44,395 bases of DNA from Candidatus Woesearchaeota archaeon (GTDB taxonomy: Archaea; Nanobdellota; Nanobdellia; Woesearchaeales; JACPBO01). Numbering within the stretch: the first letter of the stretch is position 1; each line of letters begins with the position of its first letter. The notes below the pieces were generated by a model that had not been told where the DNA came from, searched no databases, and saw only the letters and a list, made by a program, of their open reading frames with translations. Below are positions 19,485-29,753 of the stretch, piece by piece. The position numbers and the translations under genes were made by a program. The stretch is taken from positions 1 to 44,395 of the forward strand of contig JACPBO010000017.1 of the NCBI GenBank assembly GCA_016180285.1. Reading direction: 5' to 3'.

Positions 19485-21353
19485 TTACTGTTTCATCTTT
19501 CTTATCCTTTTCAGAAGCCCTTCCTTGCCTTTCCAATACAATGCCTGCTCCAGAACCTGGGAAATGTTCTCAACCGGGATGATCTCTATTTTTTCAAGCT
19601 TTTTCTTATCAATGATTATGTCCTGCATGTTTGATTTCGGAACAATTACTTTTTTGATTCCTGCTTCAAATGCAGCTTCAACTTTTGAGGAAACTCCGCC
19701 AACAGGCAGCACTTCGCCTCTGACAGACAGGCTGCCGGTCATTGCAACATCCTGCTTGACTGGAATATTTTTCAATGCAGAGATTATTGAAGCTGCAACT
19801 GCTATGCTTGCTGAGTCGCCTTCAACGCCTTCATAGGTCTGCAGAAATTGTACATGTATATCATAATCCTTAACATCCTCTCCGAAGTATTTCTTGATTA
19901 TTGCAGAAACGTTTTTAACAGCCTCTCTTGCTATCTCCCCTAATTTGCCTGTTGCAATTATCTCTTTTTCTTTTCCGCCAAAAGCAACTTCCGAGTCAAT
20001 GGGCAGTATTATGCCTGAGTAAGCGTCTTCTGATCCGATAACAGCCAGGCCATTTACTCTTCCTATCTTCCTGCCTTCTGTCACAATAACTTCATATTCT
20101 TTTTTCCTTTCAATATACCTGTCAGCCATCTGCTGCTCCAGTGTCCTGGCAATTTTCTTTGCCTCAGCTATGTGCTTCTTTTCAACTAGTTTGGAATTCT
20201 GCTCTTTTGCAAGATCGCCTGCCGCTCTTATCAGTCCGCCTAATTCCCTCAATCTTAATGTAAGATGGTCTTTTCTATTAGCTTTATAGCGCGCTTCTTC
20301 AATTATTGCATCAACTGCTTCCCTGCTGAAGTGAGGGATTTTTTTGTCTTTTGCAACTTCCTGCGCAACAAAAACAGCTATTTTGTCCCGGTTTTCAGGA
20401 GTATCCTGGATAGTCTCTTTCATAAAAACTTCATATCCATAGCCTCTGATACGAGAACGCAATGCCGGGTGCATTCTTGCAACTGTTTCTGCATTTCCTG
20501 CAGCAACTAAAATAAAAGTGCAAGGCACAGCTTCTGTCCTGACCATTGCTCCTGCTGATCTTTCGCTCTGCCCTGTTATGGGGTATTTCCCTTCCTGCAG
20601 CGCTGTCAATAATTCCTGCTGCGTTGCCGGCTCTAATGTTGCGATTTCATCAACAAAAAGAACTCCCATGTTTGCCTTGTGGATCATCCCGGCTACAACT
20701 CTTTCATGCGCAGGAGTGCCAAGGCCCCCGGATTGAAACGGATCATGAAGTACATCGCCGAGCAAAGCTCCTGCATGCGCTCCAGTTGCATCCATAAATG
20801 GCGCATGTTTCTGGTTAAAATTATCTACAATGACTTTTGGGACAGATTCCTTGACATTAGCGCTCATTCTTTTGTTCAGATTAAGGAACAGCATAAATCC
20901 GATTATGAAGATTATTCCTGTCATCATAGATGCTGCAAATATAATGTCTGATATTTGCCCGCTTCTCCAGAAATAATAAGGCAATAAAGAAACTATTAAA
21001 ACAACAATGAACAGAAGGATTGTTTGATTCTTGAATGAAGATGTAGTTTGAATCCTTGCCCTGAAGACAAGGTCGCGGCCTTTTCCTGCAGGCATTGTTC
21101 TTATTAAAGGCGTATTCTCATCATTCGGATTTGGAAATGAAACAGTATCTACAAGCTTTTCCTTTGGCAGCATTTCAGCCAGGCCAAGCCCTAACATTGA
21201 TTTTCCGGTTCCAGGCTCGCCTATGAGCAGAACGTGGCGCCTCTGCAATGCTGCCTTTTTCATGATTTCTACAGCTGCGTCCTGGCCTATGACCTGCTCT
21301 ATTATTCTTTTTGAGACTGAAATTTCAGATGTTGACTTGAAATTAAGAGGCAT
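19485..21353 (-). CDS. lonB: Archaeal membrane-bound Lon protease (LonB)
   Basis: GEPGTGKS Walker A, two TM segments, LFVDE, EGDSAS catalytic Ser, VGGVSSK catalytic Lys. Confidence 0.97.
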   Translation of the reverse strand: MPLNFKSTSEISVSKRIIEQVIGQDAAVEIMKKAALQRRHVLLIGEPGTGKSMLGLGLAEMLPKEKLVDTVSFPNPNDENTPLIRTMPAGKGRDLVFRARIQTTSSFKNQTILLFIVVLIVSLLPYYFWRSGQISDIIFAASMMTGIIFIIGFMLFLNLNKRMSANVKESVPKVIVDNFNQKHAPFMDATGAHAGALLGDVLHDPFQSGGLGTPAHERVVAGMIHKANMGVLFVDEIATLEPATQQELLTALQEGKYPITGQSERSAGAMVRTEAVPCTFILVAAGNAETVARMHPALRSRIRGYGYEVFMKETIQDTPENRDKIAVFVAQEVAKDKKIPHFSREAVDAIIEEARYKANRKDHLTLRLRELGGLIRAAGDLAKEQNSKLVEKKHIAEAKKIARTLEQQMADRYIERKKEYEVIVTEGRKIGRVNGLAVIGSEDAYSGIILPIDSEVAFGGKEKEIIATGKLGEIAREAVKNVSAIIKKYFGEDVKDYDIHVQFLQTYEGVEGDSASIAVAASIISALKNIPVKQDVAMTGSLSVRGEVLPVGGVSSKVEAAFEAGIKKVIVPKSNMQDIIIDKKKLEKIEIIPVENISQVLEQALYWKGKEGLLKRIRKMKQ

Positions 21354-21404
21354 ATTTTTCTGTAAGAGGGGAATATTTAAAAATGTTGCGAATTATGCTG
21401 GTTT

Positions 21405-21737
21405 ATGGCCAATAAATTGCTGAAAATAAGCTTTATCGGAGCAATAGCCGGAATTATTTTGTTGTTCATTATATCTGAGAATATTGGCATAAATAAGATT
21501 TCCATTGACAGGATAGATGAAATCTATATCGGCAGAAGCATAAGGTTTTCAGGAGAAATAACAAAGATCAGCAGCAGCGAGAAATTCAGCTCTATAGAGG
21601 TTGACGGAAAGATATTGGTTGTCTTGTTTGACAAAGTGAATCTGAAGAAAGGCAATAAAATAGAAGTGATTGGTAAAGTTGATGAATATAAAAACAAGAT
21701 AGAGGTTGTTGCGGATTCGATAAGGACGATAAATTAA
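21405..21737 (+). CDS. Membrane-anchored OB-fold protein
   Basis: N-terminal TM segment; G.I...V.G.V..Y....E OB-fold pattern. Confidence 0.75.
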   Translation: MANKLLKISFIGAIAGIILLFIISENIGINKISIDRIDEIYIGRSIRFSGEITKISSSEKFSSIEVDGKILVVLFDKVNLKKGNKIEVIGKVDEYKNKIEVVADSIRTIN

Positions 21738-21754
21738 AAGAGAAAAAATAAAAA

Positions 21755-22255
21755 TCAGAATGCCGGTTTATACATTTCTTGAAGTTTACAGTATGTTATC
21801 GCTGCTTCCATAGATTTCATAACCGGTTGCATCTTTGCAACATCTTCACCAGCAATTTTTTGACCACGTTTGTGGCTTAAAGCATTAGCATAATGCGCAA
21901 CGCTTCCTTCTAAGTCACCACTCAAGGCAGCCTGTGCAGCATCATGAACTTCTTGAATTTGTTCTAATGGTAAGCTATCAATTGCTACTTTAGCTGCTTT
22001 CGTTGCTCTTATTGCCTTTGCCATTTGGAATGGTTTAAATATGCCATATTCCTTACCTACTTCAGGATTTTCTATTGTATTGACAACATTTCTAAAATAA
22101 CTTTTTGCTGCTGCAAGCGGTATATCTAATCCATAAGCAATTTCGTGATGATATGTTCCCTCTGTCATAGAGCTTGTTATTCCTGCATTATGGACTCTCT
22201 CGCATAGAGTTTCAACTGCTTGAAATGTTGCTTTTATAAGTTTAATTTTATCCAT
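21755..22255 (-). CDS. Hypothetical helical protein
   Basis: ATG 22255 with AAGGAGG SD, directly after the upstream stop. Confidence 0.75.
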   Translation of the reverse strand: MDKIKLIKATFQAVETLCERVHNAGITSSMTEGTYHHEIAYGLDIPLAAAKSYFRNVVNTIENPEVGKEYGIFKPFQMAKAIRATKAAKVAIDSLPLEQIQEVHDAAQAALSGDLEGSVAHYANALSHKRGQKIAGEDVAKMQPVMKSMEAAITYCKLQEMYKPAF

Positions 22256-22256
22256 T

Positions 22257-23063
22257 TTACTTGCCTCCTTGGTCAAAAACATATTTCAGCATATATGTGT
22301 GAAGCGGATCACTGGATTCGCTAAAGTCCATTGTTCCTACATATATGTCTGTGTGGAATGTCTTTCCGTCGCTTAGGCCTCTTGTTACTATAGCTTTTCG
22401 TTCTTCAGTAAGGACTTTCTCTCCCTTAACTATCAGTGTTAAATCGGGCTTTCCTGTAGAAGGCAGCATATCTCTTACAATCTGCGTTATTTCACTAACA
22501 TGGCCAGCCCTATCAAAGCCAAGTCTTCCTGGTATTATGTCTATAAAACTAGAATCTGGCTTGTCGCCAGTAATGGTTATGCTATGGGGTCTATTTTGAT
22601 CTCCCAGAATAGTGTATGAAAGCGGCTTTCCATTAACTTCTGATTCTTCATCAATCAAAACGCTCCTTGTAATGTGCCCTGGCTCATCAAAATACGGGCT
22701 TTTTGCCCTTGCAACTAATACGCCAATGCTCATGCCGTGCGTTGACCAGACATGTATTGAGCCATCATTTCCTAATGCTTCTGGAAGCAGGTAGCATGGT
22801 TTTCTCGGGTTTTCAACAATATATGTGTCAACAGGAGCAATGCCTGTCGGCTTATAATGAACACTTCTTGCAGAAATTTTGTCTGGCAGCAAATCCTGTT
22901 CTTTCAATTCCTCGAGATCAGGGCTGTAACCGCCAATAAGTCTTATGACACTAAGCTCTCTGTCAAGCATTCTTTTTCTGTCATCAGTCCATACCATGCC
23001 TTGCGTAAGCTTGCTTTGTGTTAAGCTGTTTTTCATAATTTCAATTTCCTGTGCTCTGTTCAT
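22257..23063 (-). CDS. Hypothetical protein
   Basis: 268 aa, AAGGAGG SD. Confidence 0.8.
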   Translation of the reverse strand: MNRAQEIEIMKNSLTQSKLTQGMVWTDDRKRMLDRELSVIRLIGGYSPDLEELKEQDLLPDKISARSVHYKPTGIAPVDTYIVENPRKPCYLLPEALGNDGSIHVWSTHGMSIGVLVARAKSPYFDEPGHITRSVLIDEESEVNGKPLSYTILGDQNRPHSITITGDKPDSSFIDIIPGRLGFDRAGHVSEITQIVRDMLPSTGKPDLTLIVKGEKVLTEERKAIVTRGLSDGKTFHTDIYVGTMDFSESSDPLHTYMLKYVFDQGGK

Positions 23064-23204
23064 TTTCTTTGCCTCCTTATTAATTTATTACTTGTTCGTA
23101 ATTACAAAATGTAAAATGCGCTACTATATATATGTTTTCCATATTAAACATATGTTACATAATTTTTAGAAAGATTTAAATACGGGCCAGGATTAACAGC
23201 ATTT

Positions 23205-24131
23205 ATGAGAAGGAAAGTAATAAAGCAAAGGGATTCTTATACAATCACCTTGCCTATAAAATGGGCAAAAGAAAAAGGCATATCTGAAGAAGTGGATATC
23301 GAAGAAACCCAGAATAATCTGCTTATCAGACCAATAAGCAATGGCTATGAAAAGAAGTCAATAACATTCACGCTTGATTCAAGCTTTTCGCCCTTTGTAA
23401 CCCATGTAATAACCAATCTCTACAGGCTGGGGTTTGACAGCATTAATTTGAATATTAAAAACAAGGAGCAGGTTAACATTATCCAGGAAACGCTGGACAA
23501 ATATACTATTGGCTTTGAAATTACGCGCCATGATGATAAAATCTGCGTGCTTGAAAGCATCAGCGAGCCTACTGAAGAAAAATCAGAAACAATTCTAAGG
23601 AGAATTTTTTTGCTTATTAAAGAAACATTAGATGCGCTTGCCAAACATATTACGGAGCATAAGCCCCTCGACATCAATATCTTGAAAGCAAATGCAATGA
23701 AAGTGGATAAATACTCCTATTTTTCAAGAAGGACCATCATAAAGCACAATTTTGCTGAAAAATCTGTATTCAACTATGTTATATTCTATCAGTTAATGCT
23801 CATAGAGCACAGTTTATTAAGGATAGCGCATGCATTGGCTGAAGACAAAAAAATATCAAAGGAATTTATCGAGATTATTGAGAAAGCGCAGCCTTATTTT
23901 GACAATTTCTATCAGGGGTATTTTGAAAAAAACCTAGAAAAACTGCATATTGCAAACAGGGCAGGCCAGGAATTACTATACGCCGGCATTTATGGCATCT
24001 TAAGAAAAAAGAAAGGGGATATTGCAGTGTACCATCTTGCTGAATTTATAAGATTAGTTTATTTATCAATAAGCCCGACAGTGGGGATTATTATTGATGC
24101 AATGACAAAGAAAGAGAAAGAACTAAAATAA
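23205..24131 (+). CDS. AbrB/MazE-domain plus PhoU-like regulator
   Basis: MRRKVIKQ..SYTITLPIKWA (AbrB-like), YRLGFD, GFEI, helical PhoU-like C-terminus. Confidence 0.85.
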   Translation: MRRKVIKQRDSYTITLPIKWAKEKGISEEVDIEETQNNLLIRPISNGYEKKSITFTLDSSFSPFVTHVITNLYRLGFDSINLNIKNKEQVNIIQETLDKYTIGFEITRHDDKICVLESISEPTEEKSETILRRIFLLIKETLDALAKHITEHKPLDINILKANAMKVDKYSYFSRRTIIKHNFAEKSVFNYVIFYQLMLIEHSLLRIAHALAEDKKISKEFIEIIEKAQPYFDNFYQGYFEKNLEKLHIANRAGQELLYAGIYGILRKKKGDIAVYHLAEFIRLVYLSISPTVGIIIDAMTKKEKELK

Positions 24132-24156
24132 TCAGTATTTTTCAAGCGGATTTTAC

Positions 24157-24624
24157 TCAGTCAATCATTCCCTTGGGTTTAAGTTCTCTGGGTGCAATAC
24201 AAGGGAGCTTATAGCCCCCCATATTTTTTAAAACATACATTTGCAAAACATGATGTGTAGTAGATTGATTTATGTCATCCCATTTTAAAGCAACTCTCGG
24301 ATCATCTTCACTCATAGCTACTACTTTAGGATTGGACTTATGAAACTGTCTTGCAGTGATATCAATGAATAATCTTAACTCAGGGTCATATGAAAAATCA
24401 TGAGGAACCTTGACAAAATCTTCTGACAGATCTCCCCAAGCTGCACGCGCCTGGCGGTATTCTTTATCAAATGGCCCATAATACTCTCCTTTTACAATTA
24501 AAAATCCAAAGTCATCATATAATGCTAAACGTGCGAGTTTACAACACATAAAAGGAAAACCACTAAATTCTAATCTCATCCAGTTTACTTTTGCTTCTAG
24601 TTTCTTAATTAACTTATCTATCAT
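24157..24624 (-). CDS. Hypothetical protein, possible transglutaminase/papain-like fold
   Basis: MCCKLA...G.Y...PHDF...IDITARQF: Cys-His-Asp spacing. Confidence 0.6.
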   Translation of the reverse strand: MIDKLIKKLEAKVNWMRLEFSGFPFMCCKLARLALYDDFGFLIVKGEYYGPFDKEYRQARAAWGDLSEDFVKVPHDFSYDPELRLFIDITARQFHKSNPKVVAMSEDDPRVALKWDDINQSTTHHVLQMYVLKNMGGYKLPCIAPRELKPKGMID

Positions 24625-25775
24625 TTAAAAGCTACCCCGATGCGCTGCAAAAATGAATATTTCGCATTTTCCAAACTTTCAGCAAGCAAATAGCCTAATT
24701 CATTGAATCTTTGATCCTGCTTTCTCAATTGCTTTACGATCTTGAATGATTCTTCCGCCATAACAGCGGCATTTTTCAACATCTGCTGATCCGGCTCTGC
24801 TCTCTTGCAGCTAGAGTCGTATTTGGCAATATAAGAACCGACATGAAGGATTGCTTCCCTCAGCTTCTCTTTCTGATATGTGCGCTTTAAATCACCCTGT
24901 TTTAAATATGAAAGTCGTGGATTTAGGCTGATTGCTTCATCAATAGTTTTTCTGTAAGCAGAAATTATTGTATCTTCGTTAAAAAGAATCTCGCTTCTTG
25001 GATCAAGTCCGGCAATAAGGTTGCATAAAGCAACATCTTTTAATGGGTTGCCGAACTGAAGTCTTTCAAAATCATTCAATGCGATTCTGCCTTTATACCA
25101 GGCAACATTGCAGCTGCCAAGATCGCCATGAATAATCGCATCTCCTCCGCTCGTCAATAATTCCAAAAATTTTTCTTTTAATGATTCAGAGCTGCCAATT
25201 CTTGCAGAATATCTCCTGTCGAATTCATTTGCCTCTTCCTCTTTAGTTGGCTTTTTCAGAGTAATGCCTTTTTGCATAAGCTCCTGTATTATTTTATCGC
25301 GGTTAGCTGCCATATCGATTTGGAATTGCGCTATTGCATGGCCAGCATCCTTGGCATAAATGCCATGCAGCAACATAATAGAATATTCAAAAAACCGGTC
25401 TAAAATACCTTGTTTTTGGCGGACTATTTCGGGCATAAAACGCGGACCGATGTATTCCGTTTCTATCCTGCCAAACGTATCGAGATTTTCAACAGGGATT
25501 GTTTGAACATCTGTATATCTGCGAATAACTTCTTCCAATACAGATACACTAGGATCGCCAGTTGGTTTATCCACAGTCTCAAATGTGTGTTGAGTAGCTT
25601 CTACTTCCTTGGAAAAGAGAGGGCTTTTTGTTTTAAATAGTCGGGATAACCACAAAGGCACTCTTTGCTTTACCTGGGTGCCTTTAGGAGAAAAATATGT
25701 TTTGCGATAAATAGAATGCCTAGCAAAACAAGGCAATTCTTCAATCCTCAATACATAAGCATCATAAGGGATCAT
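24621..25775 (-). CDS. APH/choline-kinase-like phosphotransferase
   Basis: IIHGDLGSCNV and LNDFE kinase motifs, GNPLKD. Confidence 0.85.
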   Translation of the reverse strand: MIPYDAYVLRIEELPCFARHSIYRKTYFSPKGTQVKQRVPLWLSRLFKTKSPLFSKEVEATQHTFETVDKPTGDPSVSVLEEVIRRYTDVQTIPVENLDTFGRIETEYIGPRFMPEIVRQKQGILDRFFEYSIMLLHGIYAKDAGHAIAQFQIDMAANRDKIIQELMQKGITLKKPTKEEEANEFDRRYSARIGSSESLKEKFLELLTSGGDAIIHGDLGSCNVAWYKGRIALNDFERLQFGNPLKDVALCNLIAGLDPRSEILFNEDTIISAYRKTIDEAISLNPRLSYLKQGDLKRTYQKEKLREAILHVGSYIAKYDSSCKRAEPDQQMLKNAAVMAEESFKIVKQLRKQDQRFNELGYLLAESLENAKYSFLQRIGVAFK

Positions 25776-25882
25776 TCAATCGCCTCTTTTACAGCATACT
25801 CAAAGGCATGCGACCTGTTCCTGAACCTGCCCTCTCTGATCTTTTCTCTTATTGCCAAGAGGGTGTCGGTATCCACGCTAAT
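25772..25882 (-). pseudogene. 5'-truncated ribbon-helix-helix regulator
   Basis: ISVDTDTLLAIREKIREGRFRNRSHAFEYAVKEAIE*; ATGA overlap with the kinase; no ATG before the upstream in-frame stop (only GTG 25876). Confidence 0.6.
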
Positions 25883-25962
25883 GTGGTTAAATATTAAAAG
25901 AAAAAGAGTTTATTTTGCCTAAATGAACTAGAAATCCTAGCAAATTGGATAATTTAGAAAAT

Positions 25963-26088
25963 TTAATCCCTATTCCTATATTTAACAAAACACGCGTTCT
26001 TCACCCAGCATGCCTGGCACTGCTCTATTTTCTCATAGTTTTCGCCATAGCACTTGTCGCTCGCATATTTGACTAATTTTGTTTTCAT
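25963..26088 (-). CDS. 41-aa four-cysteine small protein
   Basis: MKTKLVKYASDKCYGENYEKIEQCQACWVKNACFVKYRNRD*; ATG abuts the upstream stop; GGTGG SD. Confidence 0.7.
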   Translation of the reverse strand: MKTKLVKYASDKCYGENYEKIEQCQACWVKNACFVKYRNRD

Positions 26089-26568
26089 TTAAATTCCACC
26101 CATTAACTTAAATATGATCATGGCTGTTAAGGCAACAACCAATATATGCTCTATAAGTGAATTTGTATTTATAAAACCTTCGATTTTAAGCTTCGAAAAT
26201 GGGTATAAAAAGTTAATTCCTTCCTTCGTCAATGAATCGAGAAATAAGTGAGAAGTATATCCGAGGATTATTGCGTAAATTATTGATTTATTTATGAAGT
26301 TAAATAGCATAAATAAAAAAACAAATAATAAAAATATAAAAAACAAGCTGTGGAATAATTTTCGATGTCCAAATATGGATTTTATAATGTTTGACAACGG
26401 CCTTATTCTTCTGCCGAGCTTTGATCTTGGTGTGTCAATGTCAGGGAAAATGGAGAAAAACAAGATTATTGCCAAGAACATCAAATAGTTAAAGAGGTTT
26501 AAATTAAAAAGATCCTTTGCGAATAGAGAGAGCAAAAATGCGAATAAAATGTGGGTTATGAAGAGCAT
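26089..26568 (-). CDS. Membrane metal-dependent hydrolase (YdjM/DUF457-like)
   Basis: TH, PDID, GHRKLFHS, SHLFLD motifs. Confidence 0.9.
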   Translation of the reverse strand: MLFITHILFAFLLSLFAKDLFNLNLFNYLMFLAIILFFSIFPDIDTPRSKLGRRIRPLSNIIKSIFGHRKLFHSLFFIFLLFVFLFMLFNFINKSIIYAIILGYTSHLFLDSLTKEGINFLYPFSKLKIEGFINTNSLIEHILVVALTAMIIFKLMGGI

Positions 26569-26627
26569 ATTTTTATTCAATAAGTTGAAGTTTATAAAGA
26601 TGGTGAAAAAAATTATAACACATCAAA

Positions 26628-27719
26628 TCATTCTCCTTCGACAATTTTTCTCAGATTATATACAAATGCAGACATACCTATAAAGGCTAAAGATATAATG
26701 CCCCATTCAAACGATCTTATTTTAATGATGGTTTCGTTGTATTGTTGTTCAGTCATTGGCCTTCCATTTATTTTAAACCAGAAAACAGGTTTTGTAAGAG
26801 TTGAACCATTATTTAGATTTATGTTGAAGTACAATGATCCCCAATAATCTGTCTTCGGTACTAAAAATCCAATGTGATATTTACTGAATCCAATGTTAAT
26901 GGGAGATATGTTTAAGTATTCATCTTTGCCAGTGTAAAGAATGTCTAAATCTGAAGGGTAACCTGTTATGCTGGCTAAACGATATGGTGCATTAAATTCT
27001 ATGTTTAAATTACAATACACCGTATCATTAATGACAAGATAGCCGTAATTTTTATTTGAATAGCAATAGGCAGAAGAAATATTTGTATTTTTGAAAAATG
27101 AATCAAGCAACCCATTTTCATTTGAATATCTGAGAACATTTATCTCTTTTGAAAGAGAAAATGGTGGAAAGTTTTGATGAATGAAATAATTACCAAGAAT
27201 AATACAGCCTGCTGCCAAAACCACCAATAATACAACATACCAAGAAGAATGTTTTTTTATTTTTTCATGAAATGCGCATCCTTCAAGGCATTTTAGTACA
27301 AAAGGTCTTATAACTAAAAGACCCACGAAAACCACTACGATGAAAGATAAAATGTATTTGATGTATGAACCATCATAATTCCCATAATCTGAAAAAAGTT
27401 TATCCAAAGATGTTTTTGCTACGAATACTAAAACTAAAATAACAACTATGAAAGAAAATATGAAGAATAGTTTACCCGGCATCTGGCTTCGTGAAGTCTG
27501 AGAATTTCGTATAATTTGATTTTCACCTGCGCTTAAAAAATATAAGTTATGATCATTTACCCTTCTCGTTGTAAGTATACCTCTTCTTTCCATTTTTTGT
27601 ATATTGCTCTTTGCTACAGAATAAGGAATTTTGAGTGTATCAGAAATTCCTGAAATGCGTTTTCCCCGATTTACATCTTTATTCAATAAGTCAAAAATTT
27701 TTATAAAATAGTCTCTCAT
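26628..27719 (-). CDS. Membrane protein with N-terminal winged HTH
   Basis: ISDTLKIPYSVAKSNIQKMERRGIL; three TMs, Asn/Tyr-rich domain, C-terminal TM. Confidence 0.7.
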   Translation of the reverse strand: MRDYFIKIFDLLNKDVNRGKRISGISDTLKIPYSVAKSNIQKMERRGILTTRRVNDHNLYFLSAGENQIIRNSQTSRSQMPGKLFFIFSFIVVILVLVFVAKTSLDKLFSDYGNYDGSYIKYILSFIVVVFVGLLVIRPFVLKCLEGCAFHEKIKKHSSWYVVLLVVLAAGCIILGNYFIHQNFPPFSLSKEINVLRYSNENGLLDSFFKNTNISSAYCYSNKNYGYLVINDTVYCNLNIEFNAPYRLASITGYPSDLDILYTGKDEYLNISPINIGFSKYHIGFLVPKTDYWGSLYFNINLNNGSTLTKPVFWFKINGRPMTEQQYNETIIKIRSFEWGIISLAFIGMSAFVYNLRKIVEGE

Positions 27720-27953
27720 AAATCACCCAATAAATGATTTAATCCTTTGCTTCTTTAAATACATTTATGAAGTCCAACGAATATATCGCAGTGATCTTAT
27801 AGGATGCCATTCTATAATTCTGTAACTTTAAATCCAACAGTACAGCAATCCAATTTTTTTGATGAAGCATGATAAAAACTACACTAAAAAACCCAAACCT
27901 TTAAATAGTAGCTGTGCATTTAAAGTGTATGTTGGGTGTATGCGAGGTGTAAA

Positions 27954-28217
27954 ATGGAAAACAAGATGATCTCGGCAAGGATGCAAGTGAATGAGTATGC
28001 TAATAAGGTGCTGGGTGTGATAAAAGCGAAATTCGGTCTTAAAGACAAATCTGAAGCTCTAAATAAGTTTGTTGAAATCTATGGAGAGGATGTAATTGAA
28101 AGGGAAGCCAGCGATGAATATGCAAAGAAAGTCATGGATATTGCAGACAATCATTTTAAAAAATATGGAAACAGAAAGATGAGCTTGAAGGAGCTGGATA
28201 AATTCTGCGAGGCATAA
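27954..28217 (+). CDS. Antitoxin (DUF2683-like)
   Basis: NKVLGVIKAKFGLKDKSEALN; GAGGTG SD; directly upstream of a RelE-like gene. Confidence 0.8.
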   Translation: MENKMISARMQVNEYANKVLGVIKAKFGLKDKSEALNKFVEIYGEDVIEREASDEYAKKVMDIADNHFKKYGNRKMSLKELDKFCEA

Positions 28218-28221
28218 TTTC

Positions 28222-28494
28222 ATGTTTGACTTTGAACTTTCTGATGAGCTTAAATTTAAAATAAAGAAGCTGGTCAAAAGGGATAAAAAGAAAGTCGACA
28301 TAATAAACAAGAAAATAAGGGAGATTGTCAGCAGCGATGAAGATTCTGTAAACCATTATAAAAATCTAAGGCATGATATGAAGGAATTTAAGGCAGTTCA
28401 CATTGACAGCCATTTTGTATTGACATTTAAAGTGGATATGCAAAATAAATTCATCTTGTTTGTTGACTTTGACCATCATGACAACATTTATTGA
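28222..28494 (+). CDS. RelE/YafQ-like type II toxin
   Basis: Basic 90 aa; HYKNLR, VHIDSHFVL, DFDHHDNIY. Confidence 0.85.
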   Translation: MFDFELSDELKFKIKKLVKRDKKKVDIINKKIREIVSSDEDSVNHYKNLRHDMKEFKAVHIDSHFVLTFKVDMQNKFILFVDFDHHDNIY

Positions 28495-28547
28495 GAATCA
28501 TCTATAAAAAACCAAAACTATAAAAGCCAAATTAAAAACAACCCTAT

Positions 28548-29753
28548 ATGCTTTTACTTGAAATAGCAATCGCTATTCTGATCGGCATCTGCTTCGGCAT
28601 CATAACGGGCATTACTCCAGGCATTCACATCAACCTTGTTGCATTATTGCTGCTCAGCTTTGCTCCGTTCTTTCTCGGCTTCACTTCAGCTTTGGTTCTT
28701 GCTGCATTCATTATTTCAATGTCAATAACCCATACTTTTTTGGATGCATTGCCGTCAATCTATCTCGGCGCTCCAGACTCTGACATGGTAATGGGCGTTC
28801 TGCCAGGTCACAGGTTATTGCTGAAAGGGCAGGGATACGAAGCTGTAAAATTGACAATAATCGGATCAATGGGCGGCCTGATTTTGGCCATAGTTTTAGT
28901 TCCAATATTGATCCCGCTGACAAGCTTTTTCTATCCGTTCATAAGCGATTATATTGGGTGGTTTCTGCTGCTCGTTGTTATTTTCATGATTTACAGGGAG
29001 AAGAACAAGTTAATGGCTTTATTCATTTTTTTATTGAGCGGCATACTGGGAATAGTGGTTTTTTCAACGCCAAACTTAAAGGACCCTTTATTGCCAATGC
29101 TGTCCGGCTTGTTTGGGATAAGCATGCTTACAACAAGCATTTTTGAAAAAGTAAGGATTCCAAAGCAGAATATAGCGAGCAGGATAAAAGTGCCTAAGCT
29201 TGAAACAATAAAAGCATTGTTTTCAGGGACATTTTCAGGATTTTTGACAACAACATTCCCCGGGTTGGGGCCTGCGCAGGGCGCAGTTATATCAATGCAG
29301 CTCACCCCAAATTTAAGCGAGTACGCTTATCTTATACTTGTTGGCTCGATAAACACAGTAAATATGATTCTGAGCCTTGTAACAGTATATACATTGGATA
29401 AGGCAAGAAATGGGGCAATAATAGCTTTAAAAGAGATTATTGTCAGCTTAAGCCTTCAGAACATGATAATATTGTTTGCATGCGGCCTTGCTGCAGGAGT
29501 TATTTCTTGCTTCCTGGCAATGTGGTTTGCAAGATTTTTTTCAAGCATTGTAAGCAAAGTCAATTACGGAATGCTCTGCTTGGTCATCATTCTGTTTGTT
29601 TCAGTTCTTGTCTTTATCTTTACAGGGTGGCTTGGAATGCTTGTCATGATCACAGCAGCATTTATCGGACTGATGGCTCCGATGACTGATGTCGGAAGAG
29701 CCCATGCAATGGGCTGCCTGATGCTGCCGGTGATTTTGTATTTTCTTTTATAG
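28548..29753 (+). CDS. TctA-family tripartite tricarboxylate transporter permease (archaeal type)
   Basis: GITPGIH, PSIYLGAP, LPGHRLLLKGQG; polytopic membrane protein. Confidence 0.88.
   Translation: MLLLEIAIAILIGICFGIITGITPGIHINLVALLLLSFAPFFLGFTSALVLAAFIISMSITHTFLDALPSIYLGAPDSDMVMGVLPGHRLLLKGQGYEAVKLTIIGSMGGLILAIVLVPILIPLTSFFYPFISDYIGWFLLLVVIFMIYREKNKLMALFIFLLSGILGIVVFSTPNLKDPLLPMLSGLFGISMLTTSIFEKVRIPKQNIASRIKVPKLETIKALFSGTFSGFLTTTFPGLGPAQGAVISMQLTPNLSEYAYLILVGSINTVNMILSLVTVYTLDKARNGAIIALKEIIVSLSLQNMIILFACGLAAGVISCFLAMWFARFFSSIVSKVNYGMLCLVIILFVSVLVFIFTGWLGMLVMITAAFIGLMAPMTDVGRAHAMGCLMLPVILYFLL

Noticed and set aside
27739..27870. 43-aa minus-strand ORF (MLHQKNW...)
   Set aside because: No SD or motif, and it overlaps the promoter zone of the downstream gene.
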